This document shows, piece after piece, positions 56,004 to 59,471 of a DNA stretch of 59,471 nt (its first letter is position 1; every line of letters begins with the position of its first letter). Where the stretch lies: assembly GCA_964645355.1 (NCBI GenBank), contig CAZXZU010000002.1, positions 1 through 59,471 on the forward strand, read 5' to 3'. Source of the DNA: an uncultured Heliomicrobium sp. (lineage in GTDB: Bacteria; Acidobacteriota; Blastocatellia; RBC074). The notes below the pieces were generated by a model that was not told the DNA's origin, searched no databases, and saw only the letters and a program-made list of their open reading frames with translations. The position numbers were made by a program, and so were the translations under genes.

Positions 56004-59000
56004 CTAAAACTCCAGCCGCAGACTCATCTGCAAATTGCGGCTGTTTTTGGCTCGCCGGATAGTGCCTGCCGTGAATATGTCAACGTTGTTTTCCGGTAGG
56101 TTGAAGTTCGGATGGTTCGGCAGGTTAAAGGCTTCCAGGCGGTATTGGAATGCCTTTCCTTCGCCGAAACGGAATCGCCGAGACAACGAAGCGTTGATGA
56201 TGATCGTGCCGGGGCCGTCCAGAATGTTGCGCCCTGAATTGCCGAAGCGATAAGAGCCTGTCGGCACAACGACAAAGGCGCTGCGGTCGAACCAGCGATC
56301 AACCGTCGGGTTATCCAGCTTGCCCGAAGCAATGCGATCCGGGCGAGTGGCTTCGCCGTTGGCAAAGCTCACCGTGGCAACGCGCGGAGTAAACGGTTGT
56401 CCGCTGTAAATCGTGCTGGTTCCGGACAACTGCCAATCGCGCGCCAGCCAGTTTTTGGTGAAATTCGGCGACCAGATAAAGCTGCCCGCGAAAGTGTGGC
56501 CAATGTCGAAATCCGAACGCCCGCGTTCCAGTTTCAGGTTGCGCGCGTCCTGCGCCGCCGAAAAGTTGTAGGCAATAACGCCGCCCGTGTTGGAGGTTTC
56601 GTCAATTGACTTCGCAAAGGTGTAAGAACCTCTGACGAAAAGCTGTTTCGACAATCGCCGCCTGACCGTCAACTGGCCGGAGTTGTAAATCGAATTGGAA
56701 CCGTCGTTGATGATCTGAATCGTTCCGAACGCCGGAAACGGGCGAATGGTGCTGGTGGCTTGCGTGCGCCCGGCCTGGTTAATGTCGTAACGGCGGGGCA
56801 AATGCGTTCCCTTAGATCCGGCGTAAGCAAGCTCGACCACATTGCCGCGCCCGAATTCGCGTTCAACCGCCAGATTCCACGATTGCAAATACTGGCTGAC
56901 GGGCGAATCGCTTTCCTGCCCGAAGCTGCTGGTGACTCCGCTGAATCCACGGCGGTCGGTCGGAAAAGGATTCGACAGCGTCAACCGGCGCGGGTCTGTG
57001 CTGACTCGGCTGAAAGTTTCAGTCACGCCGAACGGATAAGTGTCGGCATATTCGTCCATGCGAAAAAGCGAACTGGAGCCGTAGAAAATTCCGTATCCGC
57101 CGCGCAGCACGGTTTTGTCGTTGCCGAACATTCGCCAGGCAAAACCGAAACGCGGCGCAAAGTTGTTCTTGTCGGTGCGGACGATGGTATCCGGCAAACC
57201 AACGTCGGCGGCTTTGACGACGAACGCCGTCAGATTGGCGGCGGCGATGCGACTGTTGAAATCGGCTTCCGAATACTGGCCTGTTCCGGCGACAACGATT
57301 TTGCCCAACGAAGGAATGAACTCCGCCAGCGCGCCGAACTTTTCTCTGGGCTGTTTCATCAGGTCGTAACGCACGCCCAGGTTGAGCGTCAGGTTGCGGC
57401 TGACTTTGAAATCATCCTGCGCAAAGCCCGCGTAATTCGACACCAGATGATAAGGGCCGGTGGCGTCAAGCTGGCGGCGGTCGCTGTCTATCCAGCCGAG
57501 CATGAAGTCGGCGACGGGATGGCCGGTGAAACGGCCCAGGAAATTGACTCGCCCGCGAGTGTCGCCGTAACTGCGCGAAAAATACTGCATCCGCAAAAAG
57601 TCGCCGCCGAATTTGAGCGAATGCGCTCCGCGAATCCAGGTCATAGTGCCCGCGTATTGATAGTTGTTGAACGCCCAGATTTTCGGAATGTCGTAAGCCG
57701 GACCAATCGGCATATAACCCGTCAGCACCAGATAAGGCGGCCCAGCCGCAACCGGATTGTTGATGCCGCCTTTGAAACCGGTTTCCGTCGCCCAATCGCT
57801 GCTGTCGCCGCTGTTCGGCCAGACTTCGCGGTTGTCGCGGCGCGAATAATTGGCGCTGGCTTCCAGATACATCGTCGGCGTGAAAGTGTGCAGGTAACGA
57901 ATGTAAGTCAGCGCTTCGTTTGGCGTGTTCGACGATCCGAAAATAGGGATTGGCGAACGACCGGTATTGACCGGATTGAAAGTGTCGCGCTTGCGCCAGA
58001 AAGCGCCGACCGTCAAACGATCTTTTTCGCGGATTGTGTGATCCAGCTTGATCGCAAAGCTGTCGAAACGATTGGTCGCATTGCCTTGAGTGATGAAATT
58101 GAACGGGCCGCCGCTCAGGTTTGGCGCGGGAAAATACTTCAGCAGCTTGACCGCGACCGGATCAAAGCGATTGGCCGGAATCTGGGCATTGGCAAAAGGA
58201 ACCCGGTTGACCGTGTCGGTCAGCACAATCTGTCTGCCATTCGCGCCTGTCACATTTGAAAAATCTCCGCGCAACATTTCCGGCGTGGGCACCAGAGCGC
58301 GTTCGGCTGATCCGTCGCTCTGGCGCAACGAATCCCACGAAAACAGAAAGAACGTCCGGTTGCGTCCGTCGTAAAGTTTCGGCAGCACGACCGGCCCCGA
58401 AACCGTAGCGCCGAATTGGTTGCGTCGCAGCTTCAAACGTTCGGGATCGAAATAACCTTTGGCGTCGAACACGTCGTTGCGAATGAATTCATACAGCGAA
58501 CCGTGCAATTTGTTCGTGCCGCTCTTGGTCACGGCTGTCAGCATTCCGCCCGCGTAACGACCGTATTCCGCCGAAAAACCAGAAGTCAGCATCTTGAATT
58601 CCTGAATGCTTTCAATTGGCGGATTGATGATTACGCCGGTGTTGCGCCGCTGAGTGTTGTTCATTCCGTCCAGCAAAAATCCAGTGTTGTCGCCGCGTCC
58701 GCCATTCGCCGAGAAAGAACCGTCGCCGCCGTCGCCTCTGGGAATGACACCGCCGGTCAACAAAGCCAGGTCGCTGAAATTGCGCCCGTCCAGCGGCAGT
58801 TCGGCGATTTCCGCGCTGGTCGTCACTTCGCCGCGCGTGCCGGTTTCGGTGCTCAAGGCCGAAGGCGTGTCGGTGATGTTGACGGTTTCGGTGGTCGCGC
58901 CGACTTCCAACTGAATATCAATTCGCAAAACCTGACTGACCGCCAGCGTGAAGTTGCTGCGTTTGTAAGTGCGAAATCCTTTGGCCTGAGCCTCCAAAAC

Positions 59001-59234
59001 ATAAGTGGCCGGGTTCAGGTAAGGCAACACAAACTCGCCCGCATCGTTGGCTACGGTTTGGCGACTGATATTGGTGTCCAGGTTGGTGACGCGAATCACA
59101 GCGCCCGGCACAACCGCGCCCACGGCGTCAGTGACCCGGCCAGTCACGCCTGCCGAAGGCGTTTGACCAAATACAGGGTTAGACACGGCGACCGCCGCAA
59201 GCAACAAAGCAAAAGCGAGTCCATGGATTTTCAT
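56004..59234 (-). CDS. TonB-dependent outer-membrane receptor with a CarboxypepD_reg-like N-terminal domain
   Basis: Signal peptide. GVTGRVTDAVGAVVPGAVIRVTNLDTN...EFVLPYLNPATYVLEAQAKGF. Plug and a long beta-barrel. C-terminal ...SLRLEF. Confidence 0.9.
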   Translation of the reverse strand: MKIHGLAFALLLAAVAVSNPVFGQTPSAGVTGRVTDAVGAVVPGAVIRVTNLDTNISRQTVANDAGEFVLPYLNPATYVLEAQAKGFRTYKRSNFTLAVSQVLRIDIQLEVGATTETVNITDTPSALSTETGTRGEVTTSAEIAELPLDGRNFSDLALLTGGVIPRGDGGDGSFSANGGRGDNTGFLLDGMNNTQRRNTGVIINPPIESIQEFKMLTSGFSAEYGRYAGGMLTAVTKSGTNKLHGSLYEFIRNDVFDAKGYFDPERLKLRRNQFGATVSGPVVLPKLYDGRNRTFFLFSWDSLRQSDGSAERALVPTPEMLRGDFSNVTGANGRQIVLTDTVNRVPFANAQIPANRFDPVAVKLLKYFPAPNLSGGPFNFITQGNATNRFDSFAIKLDHTIREKDRLTVGAFWRKRDTFNPVNTGRSPIPIFGSSNTPNEALTYIRYLHTFTPTMYLEASANYSRRDNREVWPNSGDSSDWATETGFKGGINNPVAAGPPYLVLTGYMPIGPAYDIPKIWAFNNYQYAGTMTWIRGAHSLKFGGDFLRMQYFSRSYGDTRGRVNFLGRFTGHPVADFMLGWIDSDRRQLDATGPYHLVSNYAGFAQDDFKVSRNLTLNLGVRYDLMKQPREKFGALAEFIPSLGKIVVAGTGQYSEADFNSRIAAANLTAFVVKAADVGLPDTIVRTDKNNFAPRFGFAWRMFGNDKTVLRGGYGIFYGSSSLFRMDEYADTYPFGVTETFSRVSTDPRRLTLSNPFPTDRRGFSGVTSSFGQESDSPVSQYLQSWNLAVEREFGRGNVVELAYAGSKGTHLPRRYDINQAGRTQATSTIRPFPAFGTIQIINDGSNSIYNSGQLTVRRRLSKQLFVRGSYTFAKSIDETSNTGGVIAYNFSAAQDARNLKLERGRSDFDIGHTFAGSFIWSPNFTKNWLARDWQLSGTSTIYSGQPFTPRVATVSFANGEATRPDRIASGKLDNPTVDRWFDRSAFVVVPTGSYRFGNSGRNILDGPGTIIINASLSRRFRFGEGKAFQYRLEAFNLPNHPNFNLPENNVDIFTAGTIRRAKNSRNLQMSLRLEF

Positions 59235-59282
59235 GACTACCTCCGGTTGATGTTGAAAGTTTGTAACTGCTCAGCCCTCTTT

Positions 59283-59372
59283 GTCCCAGAGGGACAATTG
59301 AATGTAGGCAGGTCGTTTACGGCCTGCAAAGGTAACGACCAGATTCCTCGTCCCATCGGGACGATTGAATTT
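59283..59372. repeat. TTGAAT-tailed REP hairpins upstream of the TonB receptor gene
   Basis: GTCCCagaGGGAC-AATTGAAT (59283-59303) and CGTCCCatcGGGACG-ATTGAATTT (59349-59372), with a further palindrome between them. Confidence 0.8.
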
Positions 59373-59471
59373 ACTGGCATACACACGCATTTTGACCGGA
59401 AATTCAGCCGTCCCGCTGGAGATCGCTTAAAAAGTTGCCACAGTTGTCTCTGAGTTGTACGGTGCTTCTGC

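Overview
59.5-kb window, about 57% GC in sampled lines. It looks like an Acidobacteriota-type chromosome. That is an inference from three things: a TonB-dependent receptor with a CarboxypepD_reg-type N-terminus, an ECF sigma of the N-terminal 'LLxxWxxGD' type coupled to a Ser/Thr kinase, and DUF1553/DUF1501 genes. I support about 45 protein genes, and all but two (196-405 and htrA) are on the minus strand. I found no rRNA, tRNA or CRISPR array.

Blocks from left to right:
- (1) 0.4-12 kb, one co-directional array: a tandem-repeat peptide gene, a translationally coupled ECF sigma/Ser-Thr kinase pair, an HprK-related kinase, a PqqD (RRE) protein with a long Ser/Thr-rich tail, a TolB-like propeller and a 1542-aa NHL/IPT surface protein.
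- (2) A 960-nt AT-richer non-coding gap, then htrA.
- (3) 14.6-20.9 kb, a compact redox operon: radical SAM, thioredoxin-fusion, a U-G-S-C selenoprotein whose in-frame TGA splits it into two ORFs in the supplied track, redoxin, a haem c/Cu-monooxygenase-like protein and a GH43-like protein.
- (4) Class II ribonucleotide reductase (nrdJ) interrupted at the catalytic NPC|AEQ site by a 366-aa LAGLIDADG intein, followed by sod.
- (5) A translationally coupled chain (Zn-ribbon, msrB, lactonase, beta-lactamase-like, DUF1501). It is separated from DUF1553 by a REP-flanked IS200-like tyrosine transposase (RAYT) and a strongly AT-rich (about 35% GC) 485-aa ORF with a PD-(D/E)xK-like C-terminus.
- (6) AraC, GH57, an FTR-like protein and DPP-IV.
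- (7) 42.7-59.2 kb, a xylan/glucuronoxylan-type utilisation cluster: 2x CE15, a NIF3-like protein, GH3, GNAT, a TolB-like protein, an enolase-superfamily enzyme, GH10 and a TonB receptor, with an embedded VapBC-like pair.

At least three families of intergenic palindromic repeats are scattered through the window. They inflate several six-frame ORFs at their 5' ends.
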